Positions 18,762 to 27,663 of a DNA stretch of 64,000 bases are shown in pieces. The notes below the pieces were generated by a model, which had not been told where the DNA came from, did no database searches, and saw only the letters and a program-made list of their open reading frames with translations. Position 1 is the first letter of the stretch, and each line of letters begins with the position of its first letter. The translations under genes and the position numbers were made by a program. This DNA comes from a virus (taxonomy: Duplodnaviria; Caudoviricetes), in IMG/VR virus record IMGVR_UViG_2936984999_000001, positions 32,001 to 96,000 of that record; one strand, given 5' to 3'.

Positions 18762-19070
18762 TTTAGAAGTACATAATAGAGAAGGTAACACTTTTGATAT
18801 TGACCATCTTAGTTTATGGTCCAACATAACATTTTTGAATTTCTGTGGAATAACAGAGTATTACGACTGTTATCTTCTCTTCTATTATATTTGTTCTGTG
18901 GTGGAACATTTTATTCCCAAGACGCTTGCGACATCAGGTAGGTAAGAAGAGGCTGAAAAGCGGGGATTTGTTCTGGAAGTCTGCACCAGTACCTGATAAA
19001 CAATAAATGTAGTCTAAAAAACAAAGAGGCAGCTACAAAAGTAACTGCCCATTGCCGATGAGATAGTCTT

Positions 19071-19268
19071 TTATTGACAATCATCATCTAATACGCTTGC
19101 AAAGTTCACAGCAAATTCTGCGTTAACCTTATCGGCATTAACAGAGATTGTGAGGCTTTGCGGATTATTATTAAAAATCATCCACAGTGCAGCGATTATA
19201 ATTATAGTAAAACAAAGAAGTCGGATCGCTAACTTTGCAAGCTTAAGCTTGTTGTGTTCCCTTCTCAT
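19071..19268 (-). CDS. Small single-pass membrane protein, antisense moron (type I toxin-like architecture)
   Basis: AGGAGGTGA RBS; hydrophobic LAIRLLCFTIIIIAALWMIF; own promoter TTGTAT-17-CATAAT near 19457-19485; hairpin at 19028-19049. Confidence 0.65.
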   Translation of the reverse strand: MRREHNKLKLAKLAIRLLCFTIIIIAALWMIFNNNPQSLTISVNADKVNAEFAVNFASVLDDDCQ

Positions 19269-19773
19269 ATTTCACCTCCTTCCTAGCTATAAAGTAGCTA
19301 ACTGGTTCAGAGGGGAATATGTGAGCAGAACGCCCAGAATCATATAGACTTCTGATGTGAATGCACCGATCCTTTCCGGTCTTATCTTAAATGCCAGGTG
19401 CTATGTCAATAAGTTACAGTGTATCGGAGTAGTTGAAGTACTCTTCTACATTCTCTATTATGATTCTGAAACATAAAAAATACAAGTCAGAACTCATGTT
19501 TTGATTATTTCGCCCAAAGTAGAAATACTTTGCTATACAGATAAGGAGCGTCTGTCATCGGAGAGAGTAACGACTGAAAAGTGAATGCTCTTGTGTGTAG
19601 CCGATGTAAAATAATCCGTGATTCATCATACAGCGTTTAGGCTGGAACCTTCCGACTGGGCGGAAGCAAATAATACTCTTCCTGATTTATTCAGGATAGC
19701 TGGCGGACAGCGAAATAACTACGCAATTACATAAATGCGCTTCGTAATGTGCGGCAAAGAAACATTGCAATCT

Positions 19774-19864
19774 GGCAGGTATAGCTTAATTGGTAAAGCG
19801 TCATATTCAAATTCTGGAAAACATACAAATGAAGACTCCAGGTTCGAGTCCTGGTACACTGCCC
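19774..19864 (+). ncRNA. tRNA-like RNA with enlarged (~24 nt) anticodon loop
   Basis: TAGCTTAATTGGTAAAGC D arm, CCAGG-TTCGAGT-CCTGG T arm, bulged acceptor GGCAG-GTA/TAC-A-CTGCC, TCAT/ATGA stem. Confidence 0.65.
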
Positions 19865-19900
19865 TACAACTCAATTTTTATTGAGTATAAAATTTTATTT

Positions 19901-19982
19901 GGATGGATAGCGAAGTGGTTAAACGCTCCTGACTGTAAATCAGGCGGCTCTGCCTTCGAAGGTTCGAATCCTTCTCCATCCA
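19901..19982 (+). tRNA. tRNA-Tyr(GTA)
   Basis: GGATGGA/TCCATCC acceptor, CCTGA-CTGTAAA-TCAGG anticodon arm, long variable arm, GGTTCGAATCC. Confidence 0.95.
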
Positions 19983-20080
19983 CTAAATAGGACTACTGTC
20001 CTATTCTATTATTCTTCTCTTTTCTTTGTATTTTTCATTTTCATGATTATTTCTCCAAGCTGGGCTTCGGTCCAGCGTCT

Positions 20081-20154
20081 TGGGATGTAGCTCAGTTTGG
20101 TAGAGCGCCTGATTTGGGTTCAGGAGGTCCAGGGTTCAAGTCCCTGTATTCCAA
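20081..20154 (+). tRNA. tRNA-Pro(TGG)
   Basis: TAGCTCAGTTTGGTAGAGC D arm, CCTGA-TTTGGGT-TCAGG anticodon arm, GGTTCAAGTCC. Confidence 0.9.
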
Positions 20155-20184
20155 CTTTCCTATATACGACATAATATTTCACAG

Positions 20185-20690
20185 GAGGCATGGTGTAGAT
20201 TTTGCATACCGGTGACAGGAAAAAATAATGAACAAAAACCGTTAGAGGTTTTTACTTGAAATGGTGTTTACACCAAGTCTTGTTTTGTATAGCAAGTGCA
20301 TTGAAGCTATCTGGATTGGTCCAGATCTGAAAACAATTATGAACCATGGATAACATGATTGTGAGTAGGTAATAAGAGAAATAGATGGTCGTACTATCCG
20401 CTTGCATTTAATAGAGGTAATTTTAGAAGAAACACCGTCAGGTACCTAGAATTGAGTAAGAAAAGAAAATCTTTATCAGAGAGATTCGATCCAGACTCAG
20501 GTGACAAATTTATTTCTTCCTATCGGTTAGGAAGACTGCGCCAGTGTTCATGAACAAACTCCCACCTAAAAAGACGGAAGCGTCAATATGCTCTGACGTG
20601 TACAGGCTTTAAAATTGTCGGTACAAATGCCATGTAGTTCACCTGCCTCTCGTGTTTATATTTCAAAACTGGAGAAACTGACGGTGCTTT
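20185..20690 (+). ncRNA. Candidate large structured ncRNA (~470-500 nt) in the tRNA cluster
   Basis: ORF-free; long-range pairings GAGGCA.GGTG/CACCTGCCTC, TACCG..GACA/TGTCGGTA, CACCGTCAG/CTGACGGTG and several local hairpins. Confidence 0.5.
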
Positions 20691-20763
20691 GATGTGTATA
20701 CCTACTAATGTAGATATAAGTATTAGTTTATCACAGATTTGTTGTTATTGTAAATGAGTTTTT

Positions 20764-20839
20764 ATCTACTTGGTCTAACTGGTTATGACGGACGGACATT
20801 TTGTGCCATCAGATACAGGTTCAAAGCCTGTAGTAGATA
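20764..20839 (+). ncRNA. tRNA-like RNA / pseudo-tRNA with aberrant anticodon arm
   Basis: ATCTACT/AGTAGAT acceptor, GTC..GAC D stem, ACAGG-TTCAAAG-CCTGT T arm, 10-nt anticodon loop with a mismatched stem. Confidence 0.6.
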
Positions 20840-20842
20840 TTT

Positions 20843-20951
20843 AATAGGTAGGGATCTTATAACTGATCATTATAAGAGAAAGTGGATACTCGCACCACTG
20901 CCCTATCTATTTTTATTAATATTAATTGTATATGCGAGTGGAAAGCGAGTA
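20843..20951 (+). promoter_or_regulatory. Three-way-junction leader RNA whose loop is complementary to the downstream translation-initiation region
   Basis: Stems AATAGGTAGGG/CCCTATCTATT, CTTATAA/TTATAAG, GTGG/CCAC; loop ACTCGC complements GCGAGT at 20934 and 20945. Confidence 0.55.
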
Positions 20952-20958
20952 ATGTTTT

Positions 20959-22674
20959 ATGAAAAAGGAAACACAAGGATGTAAATATTGTGGTTACGAA
21001 AAAACATCAAAAAGAACAAAGAAACCGTTTGATGAATTTATAAAAGAATTGAAAGAAAGTCGTGGAGATGAATTTACATACGTATCTGGCTATAATGGTG
21101 CAAGTTCAAAAGCTATCTTTAGACATTATATGAAAGATGGAAGTTATCATGATTTTAAAATGGTTCCAAAAGATTTAATTAATGGCACATATTATTGCCC
21201 TTGCTGCTCTGGATATCAAATTTATATAGGATATAATGATTTTAATACTAGAAGACCTGAGTTGGTAAAATATTTATTAAATCCAGAGGAAGGTACAAAA
21301 TATAGTGAATATAGCAATCATATATTAGAATGGAAATGTCCGGATTGTGGAAATATATTGAAAAAGAAAATATCTGAAGTTAGTACAAGAGGAATTTGTT
21401 GTCCTAGATGCTCTGATGGAATAAGTTATCCAAACAAATTTATGTACAATTCATTACTCCAAATAAAAGATTATTTAAATTATATTGAAAGAGAATTTCG
21501 TCCTGATTGGTGCAAATATACATATAATGAAAAAGAATGCTTTGGCGTATATGATATTTATTTCGAAAAAGATAATAAAAAATATATAGTTGAAATGGAT
21601 GGTGGACTTGGACATGGGAATCGAACTTATACAAAATCGGATAAATCAAAAGATGAATTACTGGATATAGATAAAATAAAAGATCTACTTGCAAAAGAAC
21701 ATGATATTGAAGTTATACGAATAAACTGTGATTATGGATCAAATGATAGATATTCTTTTATATTAAATGAAGTTTTAAATTCTAAATTATCTTCAATTCT
21801 TAATTTATCTTTAATAGATTTTAAAAAATCAAATATTTTATCACAACAATCATTATTATTAAAAACTGTTGAATTATGGAATGATGGATATTCTGTAGGA
21901 AAAATAAGTTCTGAAATTGGTGTTTTTTCAGATACAGTAACACACTATCTTAAATCGGCACAAAAATATGGTATATGCAATACATATTCAATAAAGGAAA
22001 GTAGAAATAGGTCTATATCAAATAAAATTGTGTGTATTACAACAAATAAAGAGTTTGATTCTATTGTTGATGGTGCAAAATTTTATAATACATTAGCTAC
22101 TTCTGTAAGTAAATGTTGTAGACATAAAGCTGGATATGCTGGTTATTATAATGGACAAAAACTTATTTGGATGTATAAAACGGAATATGATAATTTTCCA
22201 AAAGAAAAATTAAAAGATTATGTCCCAAAGGAAGATAATAATTATACAAAAGTTGTATGTTTAAATACAGGCGAGATATTTGATGGTATTATTTATGCTG
22301 CTGAAAAATATGGAGTGCTAGATAGTGGAATAACGGCATGTTGTTCAAAAACAACACATTATTCAGGTAAAGATTCTGATGGAAATATTTTGGTTTGGAG
22401 ATATTTAGATGAATATAAACAAATGACAAAAGAAGAAATTAATACACTTCTATCATATAAAAGTATGGGTAAAAAGAAAGTTATATGTCTTAATACCTTA
22501 CAAATATTTGATAATGCATACGAAGCAAGTGTGTGGTGTGGGTTAAATAATAAATTAATACTACAAAGTTGCTGTAGAAACGAAGTTAGATTTGCAGGAG
22601 TTCATCCTGATACCGGTGAAAAATTAAATTGGTTGTATTATAAGGATTATTTGAAAGAAAAAGAGGCTGCTTAA
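20959..22674 (+). CDS. Free-standing homing-endonuclease-like protein (zinc ribbons + PD-(D/E)xK/Vsr-like nuclease + NUMOD1-like repeats)
   Basis: Several CxxC pairs, YDIYF..IVEMDGGLGHG..DKIKD, three K(I/V)(V/I)C(I/L)xT..F repeats. Confidence 0.75.
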   Translation: MKKETQGCKYCGYEKTSKRTKKPFDEFIKELKESRGDEFTYVSGYNGASSKAIFRHYMKDGSYHDFKMVPKDLINGTYYCPCCSGYQIYIGYNDFNTRRPELVKYLLNPEEGTKYSEYSNHILEWKCPDCGNILKKKISEVSTRGICCPRCSDGISYPNKFMYNSLLQIKDYLNYIEREFRPDWCKYTYNEKECFGVYDIYFEKDNKKYIVEMDGGLGHGNRTYTKSDKSKDELLDIDKIKDLLAKEHDIEVIRINCDYGSNDRYSFILNEVLNSKLSSILNLSLIDFKKSNILSQQSLLLKTVELWNDGYSVGKISSEIGVFSDTVTHYLKSAQKYGICNTYSIKESRNRSISNKIVCITTNKEFDSIVDGAKFYNTLATSVSKCCRHKAGYAGYYNGQKLIWMYKTEYDNFPKEKLKDYVPKEDNNYTKVVCLNTGEIFDGIIYAAEKYGVLDSGITACCSKTTHYSGKDSDGNILVWRYLDEYKQMTKEEINTLLSYKSMGKKKVICLNTLQIFDNAYEASVWCGLNNKLILQSCCRNEVRFAGVHPDTGEKLNWLYYKDYLKEKEAA

Positions 22675-22711
22675 TGTAGTCTCTTTTTCTGATTAAAAGG
22701 ATGGTGATTAT

Positions 22712-23764
22712 ATGGCAAACTTGCGTCAAGCAAAAACAGATGCAGAGTTACGAACCATGACTATAACAAATGTTAAAAAGGCGTATTCAAATTTGGCAGA
22801 AGATTATAATCGCCTTCTTGATTTAGAGTTTATATATTGTCCTCATTGTGGAAAGTGGAAATCTATAAAAGCAAGTAACTTTTATTCATCAAATGATACA
22901 GTTGATGGAATTGAGCATTTTGCATGTAAGGAATGTATACTTAACATGTGTACAGATAAAAATAAAGATGGTTCGAGATCTGATAATAAAGAAAAAACAA
23001 TAAATACTTTTAGAAAATTGGATTGGTGTTTTATCGAAGATGATTATGATAAGCAGTTAGTAAAAACTACTGAAGCGGTAAATGAAAAAGTAAGAAGCAC
23101 AGCCGCACAACAGCTTATTGTAATGGTTCAGTCACTTCCACAGTATAATGGAAAAAATTTTTCAAATAGTGAATTTAACGATTCTACAGATGGATCTTTA
23201 TCTTATAAAAGAAAGCCACGAAAAGAAATTGTAAAACTATTTGGTTCAGGACTTTCAAATGAAGATTATTTGTATCTTCAAGACCAATATGATGATTGGT
23301 GTGAAAGAACACAGGTGGATTCTAAATCTCAACAAACATATATTGTTAGAATTTGTTTTAAATTGTTGGATATTTGGAAAGCACAGAAATCAAGTAAAGA
23401 CACAACAAAACTTGATGAATCTTTAAATAAATTAATGGATGCAGCAAATTTACAACCAAGACAAAATGTTGGAAATGCTGCTACAGACGCTTTAACTTTT
23501 AGTCAGTTGATTGAAAAATGGGAACAGGAAAAACCAATACCTGAACCAGATCCAGAATTTAAGGATTGTGATGGTATAGGAAAATATATTCGCGTATGGT
23601 TTAAAGGTGCACTATCTCATGCTCTTGGCTTAGAAGGCGGTTATTCTAAAGAGTATGAAGATTATGTTAGTCAATATGCCGTAACTAAACCAGAAGAACA
23701 AGATCTTGATGAAAAATCTGAAAGTATTTATAGCCAAATTTTTGGTGATGAAAGTCAAAAGTAA
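22712..23764 (+). CDS. Zn-binding protein upstream of terminase (YonG-like; candidate small terminase subunit)
   Basis: CPHC/CKEC motifs; stop overlaps the terminase start. Confidence 0.55.
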   Translation: MANLRQAKTDAELRTMTITNVKKAYSNLAEDYNRLLDLEFIYCPHCGKWKSIKASNFYSSNDTVDGIEHFACKECILNMCTDKNKDGSRSDNKEKTINTFRKLDWCFIEDDYDKQLVKTTEAVNEKVRSTAAQQLIVMVQSLPQYNGKNFSNSEFNDSTDGSLSYKRKPRKEIVKLFGSGLSNEDYLYLQDQYDDWCERTQVDSKSQQTYIVRICFKLLDIWKAQKSSKDTTKLDESLNKLMDAANLQPRQNVGNAATDALTFSQLIEKWEQEKPIPEPDPEFKDCDGIGKYIRVWFKGALSHALGLEGGYSKEYEDYVSQYAVTKPEEQDLDEKSESIYSQIFGDESQK

Positions 23765-25536
23765 TGGCAAAACGATTAAAACAAAATCTATCTGATTCCC
23801 AAATAAAAAAAAATAAAACTGACAAAATAATGAATATTGTTGCAGAAAGAGCTTCGTATTATAGAGCTAATCCACATAGGTTTGTGAAGGATTATCTTGG
23901 AATAGAATTAAAATTATTTCAAAAAATACTACTCTTCTGTATGATGCATAATGATGCCTTTTATTATATTGCTTCGAGGGGACAGGGAAAAACTTACTTA
24001 GTATCATTATTTTGCGTTGTAAGGTGTCTTTTGTACCCTGGTACAACTATTGTGGTAAGTAGTTATACTTTTAAACAGGGAAAAGAAACAATAATGAAGA
24101 TAACGGATGATTTTATGAGGAAATCTCCGTTATTACGAAGTGAAATAGCTAAATACAGTATAGGACAAAATGATTGTTCGGTATATTTTAAATCTGGTGG
24201 TTGGATACAGGTAAAAGTTGCTGCTGAGTCATCAAGAGGTGCCCATTGTCAGATATTAATCATTGATGAAAGTCGTATGGTTCAGCAAAAAATAATAGAT
24301 ACCGTATTAAAGCCAATGCTTTCAGCTCCACGTACTCCTCCGTATATAAACAAGCCGGAATATAAGGGCAAAGGTTATGAGGAAATGAATAAAATCCTTA
24401 TGATGTCTTCTGCCTGGTATAAACAATCTGAGATGTATGAAATTGTAAAAGCTTATGTGGCAAATATGCTTGATCCAAAGATGAAATATTTCATTTGTGA
24501 TTTACCATATACACTTTCAATTGCAGAGCATCTTCTTATGCGTCAATCGATAGAAAATGAAATGTCTGAAGCTACTTTTTCTGATATTTCATTTAAAATG
24601 GAACGAGAAGGTATTTTTTATGGAAGTGGTGACGAATCGCTTTTCAATTTTAATGTATTAAATACACGTAGAATTTTACAAGATAGTTTCCATGATTTAG
24701 ATTTTTATAGAAATAGTAATGTAAGGATTCCACAAAAACAAGCTGGAGAAAAACGTATATTAAGTCTTGATATTGCACTTCTTGCATCAAAAAAACACGA
24801 TAATGATGCTTCTGCTTTTATTATTAACAGTGCCCTTCCTACATCCTCAAACGATTACATTAGTAATATAAAGTATATAGAAACACAAGAAGGATTAATG
24901 ACTGAAGAGCTTGGTCTTATGACTATGCGCTATTTTTATCAATATGATTGTGATTATATTGCGATTGACGCAAATGGTGTTGGACAAGGTGTATTGGATT
25001 ATTTAATGCAGGATAGATATGATCCTGTTTATAATATGACATATGGTGCCTTAAATTGTTGTAATAATGATGATTTAGCAGACAGGTGCAAAGTTCGTAA
25101 TGCTCCAAAGGTTATTTATGCAATAAAAGCAAGTGCAAAATCAAATAATGATATGTGTCTTGCTCTTCGTAGTGGTTTTCAGAATGGAAATATTAATCTT
25201 TTAAATTCTGAAACTGAGATTGATGAAAAATTACAAAAGCTTATAAAAGGTTTTAATAAGTTGTCTGATACACAAAAAATAAAGCTTCGTCTTCCATATT
25301 ATCAAACAACATTCCTTATTGAAGAACTTATTAATCTTGATCATGAAGTAAATAATGGACTTATTAAAGTTAAAGAAAAATCAGGAATGCGGAAGGACCG
25401 TTATTCTTCACTTGAGTATAATTATTATGTTGTTCAGGAACTCGCACTTAAACTTAAGCCAAAGAATACAAATATGAAAAACCTCGCTGACATCCTACCA
25501 ATACGTACAGCGAAGCGTCATTCTTATTTCGATTAA
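23764..25536 (+). CDS. Terminase large subunit
   Basis: ASRGQGKT Walker A, LIIDE Walker B, RNase H-like LSLDIA, IDANGVG, KDRYSS. Confidence 0.92.
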   Translation: MAKRLKQNLSDSQIKKNKTDKIMNIVAERASYYRANPHRFVKDYLGIELKLFQKILLFCMMHNDAFYYIASRGQGKTYLVSLFCVVRCLLYPGTTIVVSSYTFKQGKETIMKITDDFMRKSPLLRSEIAKYSIGQNDCSVYFKSGGWIQVKVAAESSRGAHCQILIIDESRMVQQKIIDTVLKPMLSAPRTPPYINKPEYKGKGYEEMNKILMMSSAWYKQSEMYEIVKAYVANMLDPKMKYFICDLPYTLSIAEHLLMRQSIENEMSEATFSDISFKMEREGIFYGSGDESLFNFNVLNTRRILQDSFHDLDFYRNSNVRIPQKQAGEKRILSLDIALLASKKHDNDASAFIINSALPTSSNDYISNIKYIETQEGLMTEELGLMTMRYFYQYDCDYIAIDANGVGQGVLDYLMQDRYDPVYNMTYGALNCCNNDDLADRCKVRNAPKVIYAIKASAKSNNDMCLALRSGFQNGNINLLNSETEIDEKLQKLIKGFNKLSDTQKIKLRLPYYQTTFLIEELINLDHEVNNGLIKVKEKSGMRKDRYSSLEYNYYVVQELALKLKPKNTNMKNLADILPIRTAKRHSYFD

Positions 25537-25662
25537 TAAATCTAACACTATCCATCAACCAACACCAACTACTCTCCCACTTCTTACTTCTTAAAATAAA
25601 TCCAAACCAAACATTCCAACCAATCCAAATTAAAAAAATAAAATAGAAAGGCAGGTGTACCA

Positions 25663-27414
25663 ATGGGTAGACCCAAAGGTAGTAAAAATAAGCCAAAGGT
25701 GCAGGACGGTACACCTATTTCAAATAAAACCGTTAACACAGCTGCCTCAACTTCCACTTCGAAGCCAAAAGCAGCTCCTAAAACAACTAAAATCCCAACA
25801 ACCAAATCAAATCAAACAAAGAAACTGGATAAAGTTGATAAATTGCTATTGAACAAATCAGCCACTGTTCCAACTATTGATACTCCAAAAGGTAAGAAAA
25901 CTGTAGCGGAAATGTCAACAACGCTTACAAAGCATGAACGTGTACTTGAAATGGCAAAAACCACAAAAGCTATGATAGACGCATTGCAGCTTACTGATTT
26001 ATCAAAGACTGAATCACGTACTTTCCAGAGTTATTCCAGGGAGACACTTCGTACTTATATGAAATCTCCAAAATCATATGAGTCTCAGCTTCGTAACTTA
26101 AGCCGGTATCTGTATAGGCTTTGCTATGAGTACAGGCGTATTTGCTTACATTATGCAACTATGATTTGTGGAGATGCATTCAATATTATTCCATTGGATG
26201 ATCCAACACAGGAAATGACTCCAGAGGAACGTACAAATACTTGGTATGAGACTATGATTCGTTGGCAACGTATGGATTTTGCCAGTGAACTTGTAAAATT
26301 ACTTCTTGTAGCTTGGCGTGAAGATTCTGTATACGCATATGTTTATGATGATTCAGACCAGGAAGGTGGAACTTGTTTCTATCAGATACTTGATGGGGAT
26401 TACTGCAGAGTATCATCTGTTGAAGCAGGTGTATTCAGATTTGCATTTGACTTTTCTTATTTCAGATCACATGAGACATATCTTGAATATTGGGATTCTG
26501 AATTCAAGTCTAAATATGAAGCATATCAAAAAGACTCCACATTAAGATGGCAGGAACTGGAACCTGAAAGACAGGTTTGTTTTAAGGTGAATAGTGATGA
26601 TCCGACTATGGATTTTGTTCCCCTAGGCGGATTGCTTGAAGTGCTGATAAACGCAGTGGATTTACAATCAATTCAGGCTGTTAAAGATGAACTTAGTGCA
26701 TACAAACTTCTTGTAGCAAGATTAAAACCATTAAGTGGTACTTCTGATCCAGATGATTTTGAAATTGATCCGGATACAGCGTTGAAATACTATAATAAAC
26801 TTGCAGCAAATGTTCCGCCATGTGTTAATGTTGTGCTTTCTCCTATGGACATCGACACAATTGAATTTAAGGATCTAAATAATACTGATGACAGTGATAT
26901 GATATCCAATTCTATTTCTAATATTTTTAAGCACATCGGTGGTGTTATTCTCGATTCAGATAAGTCTGGAACAACAATTTATGAAGCACAGATTATTGCT
27001 GATATGAAATATGGCCAGAGTACTCTTCTTCCACAGGTACAGAGGTATTTGAATTTATATTTCAATTATGTTGTTGGTACAGGACATGGGTATTTCAAAT
27101 ATATAGATGGTGTTAGCCCATATACTAGAAGAACAAAACGTAAAGAACTTATTGAATCTGCCCAGAATGGATTTTCAAGAATGTCAATCGGTGTTCTCGA
27201 TGGAAATACACTTCTTGAGCAAATGTCTATGCTTAAGCTTGAGCGTGATTTAGGTCTCGTGGATCTTATGTCAAATCCATTAAGTACAAGCTATACTCAA
27301 GCAGGAAGTCAGCCAACTGCAGATACCGATCCAATCAATGGTGGTGCTCCAAGTAAAGATTCTGATGATCTAACCGATTCTGGTAGTAAATCCAAAGAAC
27401 GTGGAAATGAGTGA
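25663..27414 (+). CDS. Portal protein with N-terminal AT-hook-like basic extension
   Basis: Position after terminase, LRNLSRYLY helix, PLSTSYTQ..GGAP tail typical of SPbeta-like portals; GRPKGSKNK at the N-terminus. Confidence 0.8.
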   Translation: MGRPKGSKNKPKVQDGTPISNKTVNTAASTSTSKPKAAPKTTKIPTTKSNQTKKLDKVDKLLLNKSATVPTIDTPKGKKTVAEMSTTLTKHERVLEMAKTTKAMIDALQLTDLSKTESRTFQSYSRETLRTYMKSPKSYESQLRNLSRYLYRLCYEYRRICLHYATMICGDAFNIIPLDDPTQEMTPEERTNTWYETMIRWQRMDFASELVKLLLVAWREDSVYAYVYDDSDQEGGTCFYQILDGDYCRVSSVEAGVFRFAFDFSYFRSHETYLEYWDSEFKSKYEAYQKDSTLRWQELEPERQVCFKVNSDDPTMDFVPLGGLLEVLINAVDLQSIQAVKDELSAYKLLVARLKPLSGTSDPDDFEIDPDTALKYYNKLAANVPPCVNVVLSPMDIDTIEFKDLNNTDDSDMISNSISNIFKHIGGVILDSDKSGTTIYEAQIIADMKYGQSTLLPQVQRYLNLYFNYVVGTGHGYFKYIDGVSPYTRRTKRKELIESAQNGFSRMSIGVLDGNTLLEQMSMLKLERDLGLVDLMSNPLSTSYTQAGSQPTADTDPINGGAPSKDSDDLTDSGSKSKERGNE

Positions 27415-27420
27415 TAAATA

Positions 27421-27606
27421 ATGAAAGATAAAAAATTTATTTTTACATATGATAAAGAAGTTCGTGAGCAGTTGATCACTCTAGGTTATATAGAGGTTCA
27501 GACACCTGCTCATTTTTATATGTTTGTAAATAATAATAAGATGAATTTTGCAGAAAATGACATTGATATGTCTAAAGTAAAATTCACAAATATTATGTGT
27601 GTTTAG
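27421..27606 (+). CDS. Small hypothetical protein
   Basis: Fills the gap between portal and protease genes. Confidence 0.6.
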   Translation: MKDKKFIFTYDKEVREQLITLGYIEVQTPAHFYMFVNNNKMNFAENDIDMSKVKFTNIMCV

Positions 27607-27663
27607 TCCTCTTTTCTAAGGGCTATTATATAGAAATTTTTGGAAAGGAGGTAAATACCAAAT

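Noticed and set aside
20855-20900. Hammerhead ribozyme (CTGATCA...GAAA)
   Set aside because: CTGATCA lies in a hairpin loop rather than the junction and deviates from CUGANGA
19790-20984. Tracked ORFs 19790-19990 and 20754-20984
   Set aside because: They overlap tRNA or tRNA-like structures and lack an RBS
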